A stretch of 64,000 nt of DNA from Magallana gigas (Eukaryota). The DNA is taken from NCBI RefSeq assembly GCF_963853765.1, contig NC_088859.1, positions 48,546,001 to 48,610,000 of the forward strand. Direction: 5' to 3'. The stretch's first letter is position 1. The number at the start of each line of letters is the position of its first letter. This document shows, in pieces, positions 1-13,074 of this stretch. The notes under the pieces are model-generated. The model worked only from the letters and a program-made list of their open reading frames with translations, made no database searches and was not told where the DNA came from. The position numbers and the translations under genes are program-made.

Positions 1-837
1 TTAGGATCATTAACTGAAGTGCACCTTCAGGTCACTCATTATCATCAACAACTCTGGAACAGAATTTTCGTCCCCAGTGCTATGAACAGAATTTGTCTTT
101 GCTATTTTTTTTATTTGTTGCTGGGATTATACCTCTGATTGTCAATATTTTATGTGGTGGATCTTGTATTAGGCTTTATTATATCATTGTATATTGAATA
201 AAATCTTTGGTATACTGTATAATGTTTTAAGCATTGATTGTGTTTGTTGACTAGACTTACTTTTACAAAACATACTGTACATTTTATATTGTTGAAAATA
301 TTGTGGGAAATAATGTGATTGTTGTTAATTAGCTCATTAACACAAACATTGTAGTTAGCATCCATTCCAACAGTGGTTGGAGTGGTTTATGTAATTAGAT
401 ATATAGATATATATATGTATATATACCTGTATACTTTGTTTTCTGTCAACTACAAATGTCTTGAACCAGTAATGGTGTTTGTTGTGGTCTGGGCCACAGC
501 ATTTATACCACTAGAATGCTCTTCCCTGAATTGGTCTATGATAGATTATGTTTCCATTTAAAATTAGATTGACACTTGTTAAATGCAAATCTCTTGTATG
601 TAATAAAGTTTTAAAATTTTAAGAGATTGCTACATGTATATTCTGAACACTGAATGTTTTTTGTTAAATACAGTTTTATGTAATTCCATAGAAAAGAAGG
701 CATTTACTTGAAAGTTCAAAATTATCACATGTAAGCAATACCATTAAATCGATTGAAAATATAGGATGAAATAAAGTTTAGGCTTAAACTCTAGATAATT
801 AAAGAATCTGTATTCCTTCTGTCACTCTTGTAAAGAT

Positions 838-1092
838 TGCCATTGGTCAGGATATTCTGATTCTGTGGTTGCCATTGGTCTGGATATTCTGATTCTGTGG
901 TTGCCATTGGTCTGGATATTCTGATATTGTGGTTGCAATTGGTCTGGATATTCTGATTCTGTGGTTGCCATTGGTCTGGATATTCTGATATTGTGGTTGC
1001 AATTGGTCTGGATATTCTGATTCTGTGGTTGCCATTGGTCTGGATATTCTGATATTGTGGTTGCAATTGGTCTAGATATTCTGATTCTGTGT
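838..1092. repeat. 32-bp minisatellite, about 8 copies, two variants
   Basis: Unit CTGATTCTGTGGTTGCCATTGGTCTGGATATT recurs at 857, 889 and onward, interspersed with a CTGATATTGTGGTTGCAATT variant. Confidence 0.92.
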
Positions 1093-1625
1093 GGTAAATG
1101 ATCCGTGTGATCACCGGCATCAATACAATCTAATGCAATACCTCGCTTTAGGTGTGATTCTATCAGATTGCATGTTGGTACAAGTACATGTAGTACATAT
1201 ATGTCCTTAGTGTAGTCCTAGTGTAGATCAGCAGTAAAAGCAATGCATTTAATCATATTACGTGGCTAAGCACACACGTACCAAAAAGCTACATACATGT
1301 ATTAAATGTAGTTACACCGTATTATCACTGATTTGATGGTGAGAGACTCAGAGATAAGCGATGTATGTTATTGATGATCAGGGCATATTAAGTTTGGATA
1401 TGTTTTATAATGTCAATGAATCACCTCAAGGCAGATGATTCCAATAAAGCTTGGCTTAATTACACTCAGTTTTTGACTTGTATATATCTCTTCATTAGAA
1501 GCTTCACTTTTGCCCCATACATCTTTGCTAAACAAAGTTTTTTAATCCATATGGAATATGGATCTGCATATGTAATTTACTGACCACTTAGAAACCATAT
1601 TAAGTCAACTGCAAACCATGTTAAC

Positions 1626-2090
1626 TATAGTCTGTCCCAAAATATTCATGCAGCGCATTTGGCCACTTTTAATGAAATTACACATACCTGTTTAGAAAGT
1701 GCAATTGAAATAAATGAAAGGGAAAATTTCCAAAAAATCTTCATTGACACATTTTCATTTTTCACTTGGAAAAGTTTACAGGAACAAAAACAGATTTCTT
1801 ATGGAGAATTATAATGGAGAATGTTTACATCTTTTCTTCATTCAGAAGTCACTCGGATTATCTCGTGCAATTTTTCAACGTTATCTGGGTCTGCTGCAAT
1901 ATAAAATCCCCATAGACATAACATTTTTTAGCTGTGTATTTAAACCTGATAAGCTAAATGTAGCGTTTCAATGGAAAAATTTTGAAAAATGTTCATACCT
2001 TTGAATAAACATCATTTGAACTCTGAGGTATATATGAATATCGAGTTATTAAGCAAAATGTGAGTCAAGGATATCTTGGGACAGAGTATA
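1626..2090. mobile_element. Non-autonomous TIR element (Tc1/mariner-like MITE)
   Basis: TATAGTCTGTCCCAAAATAT (1626-1645) is the inverted match of ATATCTTGGGACAGAGTATA (2071-2090). The outer TA dinucleotides fit a TA target-site duplication (TSD). Confidence 0.7.
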
Positions 2091-2649
2091 ATACATGAAT
2101 CCCATCAGTATAAGTGGCAGTATACCATAATTAAAACTGATGCATCTCACAAAAAGAGAATGACCAAATTCCTTGATATTCTAGGATTTTAATGTCATAA
2201 TCAGCTCAAGCAAAAAAAAAAAACATTTGTAATTAAAAAATAAAGATGCTTTAACAGATGTACATTGACTAAAAATGATGCAAAAGTGTTAGTACATATT
2301 CATGTAATTTTTTGTGTTTTGTATAAGAACAACTTGCATCGGAGGAAAATAAGATGTTCCATATATAACAGAAATTATTTCAAAATAAGCAGTTCTGTAT
2401 TCTAATGCTGATCAAACAATATGATAAAATGCACGTTCAGAGATGCTTCTGTATTCTACATGTTTCTACATGTACATAGAAAAGAAAATATTGTTAAAAA
2501 TTTCCAAATTTGGAAAGCTTTAGATGACTGAATAGGGGAATACATTTCAATCAACTAAAAAAACTCCTTGCTAGGCAAAACTTACTTAGAGACAATGGAC
2601 TAATATGATGTTTATGATTTGATATGGCAGTAAGTATTCATGGTGATTC

Positions 2650-3617
2650 TCAGAACATGTAATGTTCATTGAGTAAGGATCTGACAAATTCTGAGTAGAT
2701 AAGTTTCCCTGGACCATACTCAGCTGCTGCACAAGTCATGGCGAGAGGAAGGAAGTGGTCCATGGTAGGATGTGCCTTTGTAAAGTCTGGGAGAGACTTG
2801 AAGTCCAGCAACCTTGCCTTCCTTTCTACAGGGGAATAACTTTTGTTGGTTAAAACATCATTTAGCCACACTTTGAAATCCTTTGCCCACTGTGCTGGTA
2901 TGCTACTTTGTCCAATGGAGTGTGTAGCAAAACCACTTCCTATGATTAGAACATTGTTTTGTCTTAAAGGTGAAAGTGCCTCTGCTATCTTTAAATGGTC
3001 TTCCATTCTCATACTTTTTAACAAAGAAACCTGCACAACTGAAAAGATATAAACAATAGATCATATATGTCTTAATTATCAGTCATCAAATGTTTCCAGA
3101 AAAAGCTATAGTTACTAAAATCCCACATTTATATAGTATGTTTCTTAGTTAACATAATTTTGCAAGCAAAATACCCTGTACCTGGAATGTCTGCTTCAGG
3201 ATACACCAATTTCAGTGGAACAAAAACTCCATGATCGAGTCCCCTTTTAGATTCCTCGGAACACGAAATTCCAGCATCTTCCAGGTATTTTTTTACTCTC
3301 CGTGCAATGTCTGGAGCTCCACGTACCGGCCACTTTATCTTGTAGGTTTCTGGAGGGAATCCCCCATAGTCATATAGGATAGTATGATGACTGCCAGAGT
3401 TGACGGTACAAACACTCTCTTCCCAGTGAGCACTTAGTACTAATAAACAATCCGGGCGTTGGATTTGCTGGCTTTTTGTCAAATTTCTTAAGAATTGTGC
3501 TGCTTTCGAATCTTTGTCCAGACCTTTCAAAGCAGAAAATCTCGAAGTCGTGTCTTCTACTGAAATATAATAAGATGGCCCTCCTCCGTGTGAGAGAAAT
3601 ATTGATGGCTGTGACAT
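2650..3617 (-). CDS. 4,5-DOPA dioxygenase extradiol-like / LigB-family ring-cleavage dioxygenase, 2 exons, 274 aa
   Basis: Exons 3617-3182 and 3038-2650 joined by a phase-1 GT-AG intron. Family motifs FLSHGGG, VLSAHWE, YDYGGFP, GLDHGVFVPL, VVQVSL, IIGSGFATH and AHPTMDHFLPL are present. Confidence 0.9.
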
Positions 3618-3855
3618 TATTGGCGACAAGTTGTTTAGACTTTAGTTCACCAGTCTATAGAAGTCGTTTTCTCTTTTCTTATGTTCTAAATACTGATGAC
3701 CAATGACAATATATTGACAGTATTTCAGCATGTTCTTCTGAATTTTGTTCTAGATTTTGACATAAATCGGGAAAAGGTAAAACGAAACTGAAAGTAAAAA
3801 AGAAACAAGAAATGAAAAATCATTGTCAATTCGGCGCTTGAATCGACTGAAAAAA
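3618..3855. promoter_or_regulatory. Putative bidirectional promoter between the dioxygenase gene and DCTN4
   Basis: The two start codons diverge with only 238 bp between them. Confidence 0.6.
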
Positions 3856-6800
3856 ATGTCTACATTTGTAGACGTGAATATTGTTAAATATCTCTGTTCT
3901 TGTGGGAAAAGACATCCGATATGTCGTCTCTACCTTTGTCGGCATTGTTTAAAACTTAGATGCGGAGACTGTGTGCAGCATGAGGTAATTTTAAACTATG
4001 GTTGTAAATTTATTCCAGACGTCTGGACAAGATCACTGGGATGACTAATTGATTTCCACATATCACATATTTTTCTACATCAGCAGGTAGATTACATTGT
4101 TGACGGTGCAACCCTAAGGATAAATAAAGCATACCCATGTCAGGTCTAGATACAGAATTTTCTGATTCTTAAGGTTAATTTTAAGGTTTCTCCAATATTT
4201 AATGTTTTTTATTCAATGTTAATTTTTGTTTCTAAATTTGCTAGTCTGCATATATGGCAAGAAATTGGTCCTGATTTTTACCCCTTTCTATTTGTAACTA
4301 GTAACATTGGTTACATTGGTAACAATGCTTTATTATGAATAATTTTCAAACTTTGATGTATTTGTGACAGGTTACAGTGGTTATTGGTAACATTGGTTAC
4401 AAAATAGGGTTAGGTTTGGGTTTGGGTTAGGGTTAGTTTAGGGTTAGGGTAACCATTGTAACCAATGTAACCAAATAAAAAAAAAAACCTTGTAAATCAT
4501 GAAAATGACTGTTACCCTATGTTACCAAGAGAATATAGCTGTAACCATTGTAACCAAATAAAATAAGACCCTCTGCTAAACAGAGAAAGGCTTTCACCTA
4601 TGTTACCTCTTGTCACCAATAGATTATAGCTGTTACCATTGTAACCAAATAAAATAAGAACCCCAGCTAAACAGAAAAAGGCTTGTCACCTCTGTTACCT
4701 TTTGTCACCAATAGAATATAGCTGTAACCATTGTTACTGGATGAAATTAAACCATCCAGCGGAAAGAAAATAATCAGTTTTGTCATAGGTTATCTTATTT
4801 TTGTCACCAGAAACATGCAGTGCCTTGTTACTGGTTACAAATGAAAAGGAGTAAAAGTCAGGACTAATTTCTGGCCAATGAAATTTGCATATCTTATAAT
4901 CAATATGTTTACAATTGAATTAAACTAAAATATTATTATGTTTCAAATACCGGTATTTTTTTCATGCTGTAGGAGCTTACACACGTACACTTTCAGAACA
5001 ATTATAGCGTCAACTGCTCCTTAATCAAACATCCCTAATCAAACATCATATTCTTTACTGATTTCCATATAAAGTCTGTCAAAAGATTTTATGAAGCACA
5101 TTTGACCAATTTTACAGTGCATTCTAATACAAGTTTTTAACCAAAAAAAAAAAAAATACAGTTTAGCAATAGGAAATGTCTACAACTTTTTTAACTGAAA
5201 ATTTGTACATTAATTTGGAATTCATGATACATTCAATTGAAATCTGAAAAAAAATAATTACTTTGCCAAGTAAAAAACTCTTGAATTATAAAGTCTGTAC
5301 CCGGTATATGTTTCTATGTATGGCTTTATCAGTTTTTCATTGAATTCAGCGATTCTAACTTGAACAACTCTCTAAATTTTGCATTGTAAAGGACACAAAA
5401 AACCTAGATGATAATGTTGAAAAATAGGCGAGGTGTTCCAAGAACTTCCAAATGGAAAAAAGTTAGGGTTTTTTACCATTTTAAATTTTCATTTGAAATC
5501 TGTTTTTATTGGTTGCAAATTTCTCCCATTTGAAAGAGATGGCATTCAAGGAAGAAAACTTTTAGCAATTTCATTTGTTCTTCTTTGACAGGTATGTGAT
5601 AAGATTGCATTCAAAGCAAACTGCAGGATTCATTAATAATTGGGAACAAAGATTCACAATTGTCTACTTTTTATATATATTTTCTCATTAGGTTTTGGAT
5701 TCTTGATTAATTCATGTGATTTTGTTGCAGGTTGACACCCCTTACTGTCCAAACTGCTTGGAAAATATGCCATCTGCTGAGGCTAAGCTGAAGAAAAACA
5801 GGTACTTTTTACTCACAAAAAGGGTATCCCATCTATATTCTTTAAAAGGTGCATTTTATTTTGGTGAATTCTTATTGATTTGTTTGATTTCTACATTAGA
5901 TGCAGCAATTGCTTTGACTGTCCCAGTTGTGGCCACACCCTGACAACTCGTGCCACTAGCACCAGTGTTCCTGACCCAGAGGACCCCAACAAGACCACGC
6001 CCAAGAAGATGTACTACATGGTGTGTGGGTTCTGTCGGTGGACAACCAGAGACGTCGGAATCCAGGACAAACCAGTAGGTTAGTGAATCAGGCTCCCCAC
6101 ATCTACAACAACAAAAAATAAATCAACAATGCATGTATTGCATATTGAATATCTTTGATGGAGGAAAGTAATGTTAATGTCAGTGAATATGGTATATGAC
6201 TGGATGTCTACAAATAAAAACCTCATCAAAGAACAGATGTATCACTTAAACTGAAAAAAGTAACCGTAAGATCTGGTACTCTTTTACAGCCAGTGGAGGA
6301 TGGGAAGACTTGGAGAACAAGGACACAAAGCAGGTGAGTGTAACAGTGTTTACCTGTCTAATACCTGTAAAGTGTAACTGTTTTTACCTGTGTATCACCT
6401 GTAAAGTATAACAGTGTTAACCTGTCTAATACCTGTAAAGTGTAACAGTGTTTACCTGTGTATCACTTGTAAAGTGTAACAGTGTTTACCTGTCTAATAC
6501 CCGTAAACTGTAACAATGTTTACCTGTGTATCACCTGTACAGTGTAACAGTGTTTACCTGTCTAATACCCGTAAACTGTAACAATGTTTACCTGTGTATC
6601 ACCTGTAAAGTGTAACTGTTTTTACCTGTGTATCACCTTTTCAGTGTAACAGTGTTTACCTGTCTAATACCTGTAGAGTGTAACAGTGTTTACCTGTCTA
6701 TCAACTGTAAAGTGTAACAGTGGTTACCTGTCTATCACCTGCAAAGTGTAACAGAGTTGTCTATCACCTTAAAGTGTAACAGTGTTTACCTATCACCTAT

Positions 6801-9335
6801 AAAAGCTCACAGATCTTGTCAGAAAATTTTATGCCATTTCAAATAAGTCATTAAGAGCATTTTCATTTTAGATTTTTTCCTTGCTTGAAACCTATGAAAA
6901 AATTGCACAAAAGGAAAAGGCAGAGAAAGAGAGGAAGAAATATGTCAGAAGAAGGAGCTACCTAAGTTATGCTGTACGTAGATATTGCATTGTACAATCA
7001 TAATCTACATGTAGATTACTTAAATTATTAATCCCACCCAGTCTAAAAGCTTAATGAAAGTCTATTCATCCAAGTAGACATGCAAGTTATTTATTCTTTT
7101 ATTTTGTATGGTTATTAAGTGCAATTTGTGACAGAAATTAAAGAAATTGAAGTCATAAAATAAATGGATACAATACAATTATAGAGGCATTTAAAAACAA
7201 ATAATGCCCCTATGATAGAGCAGAAATGTACAGTATTTTATCATAATATGTAATAATGTATATATGCAGGCTGGTATGGATAAATATGGAATGGTCTCTG
7301 TCGCTGCCAAGAGAAAACAAGGCAATCTAGCAAATCTCAGGTTTGTACCTCTATCTAAAAAATCATATAACAGAGCTTCTATGATTATTAGTGTAAAATT
7401 GACTATTTCTTAATTTACAACAATGTTAAATTGTTTTTTTAGCATTAAGGAAAATGAGGAAGTAAGCTTTTCTATGGTTAAGCCATCAGAAACTGTCAAA
7501 AAATTTGATCCCCTCCCAGAAAGCATATTTACCGAGCCAATCCAGCTAGATAAGAGTAAGTAAGAACTAATTGATCTTTGTACTTTATGCTTTAATCCAA
7601 GTGATTAAGTGTTTGTGAAGGATATAGAGGTGATGTTTTTTTTTCAGTGAGCACCATTAGTCAGAGACACGCCTCTGCCGACTTTCAGCCCGGTGAGAGC
7701 AGTGCCCTCTATCCTTTACACAAGCACCTGCTTATCAGAAGATCCCTAAGGTGCAAGGTAAGCTGTGTACACAAGTTTCTCAGCTAAAACATTTCTGTTG
7801 AAGTCTGGAGGTCTTTGCCTTATTCTCCACCTCAACCTTCAAGAAACAGAGAATTTGCGCAACCAGATTGTTTCACTGTTTCCTGATAAAAAGCTAGTGA
7901 GATATGTTATGCTTTATTATTTCCTGTTAACAGAATATGTAAAGGGCATCATTGTAGCAATCTTTATTGATACATGTAATATTATCTTCATTTTATTTCA
8001 TAGGAATGTGAGCACAATCTGAGCAAACCAGAGTTCAACCCAATCTCCATCAAGTTCAAGATTCAACTTATTGCCTTGTAAGTTTTTGTATTTAATGCCA
8101 CCACAGTGTATTTAGAAGTTTCGGTATTTAATGCCAAAACAGTGTATATAGAATTGTCCACTGTCACTAATCACTAATGTTTCAAAAGAACCAAAATAAT
8201 ACAGAATGATTTCCTTTATCAGGCACCACATTCCTGAAATAAAGATCTTCTCACTACCAGAGCTGATTTTAAAGAAGGTAATAAAATAAATACTGGTGAA
8301 GTTCCTTTTTAGTTGACTTGAGTTTTTTTCTTCCCATTGTGGAATGTTTTATATTCTGCTGTATGGGTGTTCCAATAGCCCAAAAACATCCTCAATAAAA
8401 AATGTTATTTGAAAAGAGTATTTATTCAAGGTTCAAAATGTAAATGTACGGTACATGTGATTTTCTAATATTATTAATGATAACAAGGTCATGAAAGTTT
8501 CAATGTTTGTTCAGGAGTGTAAGGTAGTCCTGACACTGACCAACCCCAGTGCTTACAACTGTAGTATCTCCTTCCTACAGCCGGACCCCAAGGAAGACAA
8601 CTTCAGCAATGCTAAGGTAAGATAATAGGGGGAATCTTTGGAATAAATCTATCAGCCATTTCCTTTCAAAGATTTCATGCCAAACCCATATTTTTCTACA
8701 ATAGGTGGAGTTACCAAAGCATCCCATTGTTGTCGCCCAGAGAGATGACGCTGCTTTGTATGATGATGGAAGTCAAGGTCACGAAGCCTTTAAGGATGAC
8801 CCAAGGTCAGAAAGGAGCCAGTGTTTAGTCCTGTGATCATAGTATTATCTGTATGGATCATTGTAATGCACCGTAGTAAATACCAGTAACTACAGAGTTT
8901 TAAGTGACTTATTTGTTTCTGTTCCAGTGTCATAGCTTACAGAAAGTCCAACAAAGTGGGATTTTTTATGAAGGTTAAACCTCAAAATCCAGATGAAGAT
9001 GTCAAGGTAACACTTCAAATTGATTCAGTGCAATGAAGCATAAGAAAATACTTGTGAGTTTTGTATGTACATTTGGCACCTGTTGAACGACTTCTGACTC
9101 CTAGTTTGCTGAGTGTTTTAAATTTTACCACATGTCAAAACCTATAATACTTGCAAGCACAGGTAGTGATGTTGATGAACAGATATTTATGTGGTTCTAT
9201 TTGTAGTTGTCCTTCTTGTTGAAGCATGAGTACAGGAACACAGCCATAGCTCTCCCCAGTGAAAACCAGGAGCCACAGATCGCCTCACTCCAGCACCAGG
9301 TCTTCATCAACCTCGGGTCACCCAAAAAGAAGTGA
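3856..9335 (+). CDS. DCTN4: Dynactin subunit 4 (p62), 14 coding exons, about 452 aa
   Basis: Exons 3856-3984, 5731-5801, 5900-6078, 6290-6333, 6872-6973, 7270-7340, 7443-7555, 7648-7757, 8004-8077, 8223-8277, 8515-8616, 8705-8805, 8928-9006 and 9207-9335, all GT-AG and frame-consistent (1359 nt). Cys-rich N-terminus ([30 protein letters not shown]), [19 protein letters not shown] and [10 protein letters not shown] match DCTN4. Confidence 0.95.
4255..4877. mobile_element. Non-autonomous TIR element with internal TTAGGG-like tract, in DCTN4 intron 1
   Basis: Left GAAATTGGTCCTGATTTTTACCCCTTTCTATTTGTAACTAGTAAC is an inverted match of right GTTACTGGTTACAAATGAAAAGGAGTAAAAGTCAGGACTAATTTC. Internal GTAACCA/TGGTTAC repeats and a telomere-like tract at about 4405-4452. 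Confidence 0.7.
6338..6800. repeat. 34-bp minisatellite, about 13 copies, DCTN4 intron 4
   Basis: Unit GTGTAACAGTGTTTACCTGTCTAATACCTGTAAA at 6338, 6372, 6406 and onward, with largely alternating TCTAATA/TGTATCA variants. Confidence 0.92.
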
Positions 9336-12300
9336 ACAATCCCCCCCCTTCCCCCCCCCCCCCCAAATACTGTGGCTGTTGTACCACGTACCAAAAATAT
9401 AGATAACATTGTGCAATATGTTGTGAATGTACATTTTATGAATATAGTAGATGATTCCAGAGGCTTATAACATTAACTCTTGGTTGCCATGCTTAGGCTT
9501 CGGTTTTCTTCCAGGTAGAATGATAATGGAGGCATGATTCTGTTTCATTGTCTGATGTCAGAATGTTTATTTATAATTGTAATGGTTTTGGTTCCACTGC
9601 TAATAAACAAAGAGATTAGTTAAGCTGTTGTTATCTTGCAGTGATATTAATACCCCTGGAATAGATTTCTTTCATTCTGATAAAATCTCATTTTGTCATT
9701 ATGGCAGTACCAGTAACAAAAAAGTAATGAAACGCAAAGGGCCAAAATTGTGTGTTGTCAGTGGGGTGTCCAATGTCCAATTCTAGTTTACGCATTTGAT
9801 GTTAAAACCTAATTCAAACAAACGTGAATGATGATTTTCACAAAGTTTGAGCGCACTTGTTCTGAAGAAGAAGAAACACAATGTAATAAAAAAGTGATCG
9901 AACATGCAGACGGACGCCGGACAAATTCGGCTCCTGAAGGTGAGCTTAAACGGATGTAATCCCATAAAAATGACAATGTGGACAATGTAATATCAAAATG
10001 CTGTAAAAATATGACATGTAAATGGAGAGAGTCTGTATTATATCATAGAGCAGTTTAAGGAACAGTCATAAAAATTGTAACTTGCAATTGTCCCTTGCAG
10101 AAAGCGCTTATGTTTTGCTCCAATCAAATTAAACTGCGACTTCTTTTATTAATTTAATACTTAGACTTAAGTGCGATTTGGCCCGTGTCCTTAAATGTAA
10201 ACAATTCGATCAACGAGGAAGTTTGATAGTAATTTGTATCGCATTAAGGAGAGGACTCAACCCGGAAGTTAGAGAAGTGTTTTATTTAAGCACGACCAGT
10301 CTAAACTTCACACGGAATTCATTTAAGTTCGGAGGAATAATTCCAAAAACGTAGTAAGTCACTAGGCGCATGCTGATAAAGTAATTATCCATGTGTGGGT
10401 TTGCTATAAAGTTTTACGTATGAAGGTGCCCCTTCCTCTTTTTCATACAGTTGGTTTTTGTCAATCCATTTTGCTTTGGAGTCTCTATAAAAGTGTTAAT
10501 TCACTATGTTTTGTAGTATCTCAAAAATCCTTAATTTACTATGCTTTCGGGTATCTAAGAAACCGTACAAACCTCGCGAAATATTTTTTCGATCGCGAAT
10601 ATGATATTTTCATCATGTAGATATTTTTAGATCATTTTGTTCGAGTGTAATCTCTGCATGTGAGTCCTATGCCAGAAGAGAATATGAAATAAACAGGAAA
10701 ATATATTTCTCAAATATTTAAACTACCGGCAGTCATATGGTTCTGTTTACAAAAGGACATTTTATTTTTGGTAAGGGTTGTTTTCATTTGCATTCTTTGT
10801 CTTCTTTTTATCAATTTACTGTTGTGAAGATGTCATTTTAAAAAGTTGATGACCATTTGTGTTTCCATTATACATCATATGGCATGGGCACTTCACTCTT
10901 TACTTCATTGCCTTGTTACTCCAAATCAGACCATTGATCCTTATAGGAAAAACACTATAGTGCAAGACCTGGTGACCTAAGTATAAATTCTGCGGAAAAT
11001 TGTTACAAAAAAACCCCGAACTATACTTCTTAAAAAAATTATACTTCAGAGTCGTTTTAATTCATCTTAATTGGTAGTGTTAGCTGTTCACGGATCGCCA
11101 AACTGACACTGCTGTGGGGTTATTTTTGTAGGTAATACACAACAATTGCCAAATATACCCAATAGCAAGCTGCTTATTTTTCATATAGTTAGCCATTCAG
11201 AAACTTGAGGCGTCCCACAATCACAACAGTTCCCAACAGGAAGGACGCAATTCTTATTATATAGGTAAAAAAAACTGAATGTGTTTATGCGGCTTCTTAA
11301 ATTTCGTTCACCAGAGAGGCTAATTGAGTTTTTCTGTTCACCCTTTGTTTGCAAATCAAAGATGACCACACAATCTATAGCCATCTCACTTGTTTCCGTA
11401 TCGCCTTCGGTATCACACATCTTCCATCGTCCGTACGTCCGCCTGTTAACTGTTAACACGACTTCATCTCTGGATTTCCTGAGCCCGATTCTACCTATCT
11501 TGGCACAAAGAACATTGGTTGAAGGTGATGCTAACTGATAAAATAACGGAACACGCCTTTCTAAAAAATAAATGATAAAAAAAAAACAACGTAAATAGGG
11601 TTGGTTTTTCTCAAGAATCTCTGCAACAACTAGAAATGCTAATATATTCAGCATATAGTGAACATTTGTATGTTCCAAGTCGTTTAAATGGCGCCTCCAC
11701 CCCTCCCAAACAATATGAGCTTGAAGTAGTGCAAATTTTGTAGGAATATTATTATATATAAAATATAGTTTAAATTCTCTTCTAAAGATCTACAATGCTA
11801 CCATTTATTTTATCAATGTACTAGCATACTGATATAGTGTAGATTCTTAACCGTTATCTTCGACTAATATATCTAATCGGGCTCTATGAGAGCTGCAAAG
11901 TTCTACTAGAATAAGATTTCTTTCCTTTTTTTAATTTACTTCTCAAGAACTACAATGATATAATTTTTGTAATTTATGATACTGTTATAAACGCATAAAG
12001 TTATATTTTTTTCATTAACTTTATTGCATATCCTTGATTGATCAAAACCCCCCATTTTCCGAATATGGAAAAACATGCAGATCTCTTCCCTTCTTATCGA
12101 CTGCATGCCTGGGAACCCTAATGATGATTACATGGGGGGGGGGGGGGGGGGGCTGGTTTTAATCTGAATCTAAATTTGTTTTATCTTGGTACAATCATCC
12201 TCATATGCATTTATTTATCGATTCTCTTCTTTAAAGAATGCAGTCTCATGCTTCTGTGCTTAGAGTCATGGCCGGATTAAAATAAAAGCAACCCCCCCCC

Positions 12301-13064
12301 CCCCAAAAAAAAAAGACAACACCCAGAGATCTTTGAATCATGTGAGCTTTGTTGCCCGTGAGCCCCCTGTTATAACCTATAAAATACAAATCTGCAGTCC
12401 ATCATGAACTTCAGATACTGGGTAGAAATATATGGGCCTAAATCTGTCGATTTATTTATTCGTTGATCTTTTCTTTGTCATGATTTTAATTTTAAAAAAC
12501 CCAGCTATTTGTAATACACGTTATTTTTTTTTTCTTCATTTGAAATCAAAAACATTCAAGGTTGTTTTATACAGCTGTAATCAATTCAAATCAATTATTT
12601 GATAAAAACCACATGTGGCGCAAGTCAAATGTACAGTATACAAATAAAGTAAGTACATAGATTTTTTTTATGTGAAATGATTTAAAGGATAAAGCTCCAT
12701 AGATCTATAGAAATTTCATGATATAGAGGTGGAACATCAGATAGCTAGGTTTGTTTGAAATGAAATGTATTTCAGTATTATGGAGGGTTGACATAAAAAA
12801 AAGTCTAAAAGTGTCCTTTGTTATCTTTTCGTGATAAACACTGATAAAGCCATGGAAAAAATGTTTAATTTAAGTGAAATATTAATTTAAATATACTCAG
12901 ATACTATACTTTCACGTGTGCGTATTAACTGAAGCTATAAACAGTATCCTTTAATTAGGTAATTAAGATTATTATTTTTCCACGTCATGAAACTTTGAAA
13001 CCATCCGTCAAGTCAAGAGATGTCGATATACCTAATTTGCATCAATCTATTTTTGGAAACATAG

Positions 13065-13074
13065 GGGAATTCCC
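13065..13074. promoter_or_regulatory. Palindromic NF-kB (kappaB) consensus site upstream of the TNIP-like CDS
   Basis: GGGAATTCCC about 1 kb upstream of the inferred ATG at 14111. Function is inferred only. Confidence 0.45.

Noticed and set aside
791-1123. Repetitive Q/N-rich protein
   Set aside because: The unit is 32 bp, not a multiple of 3, and ORFs appear in more than one frame, so this is a minisatellite by-product.
4405-4452. True telomere or chromosome-fusion scar
   Set aside because: The tract is short and degenerate and lies inside an intronic TIR element.
11181-11678. 165-aa ORF
   Set aside because: Non-ATG start, no recognisable domain, and it overlaps repeat-like sequence (TCCGTACGTCCG motif).
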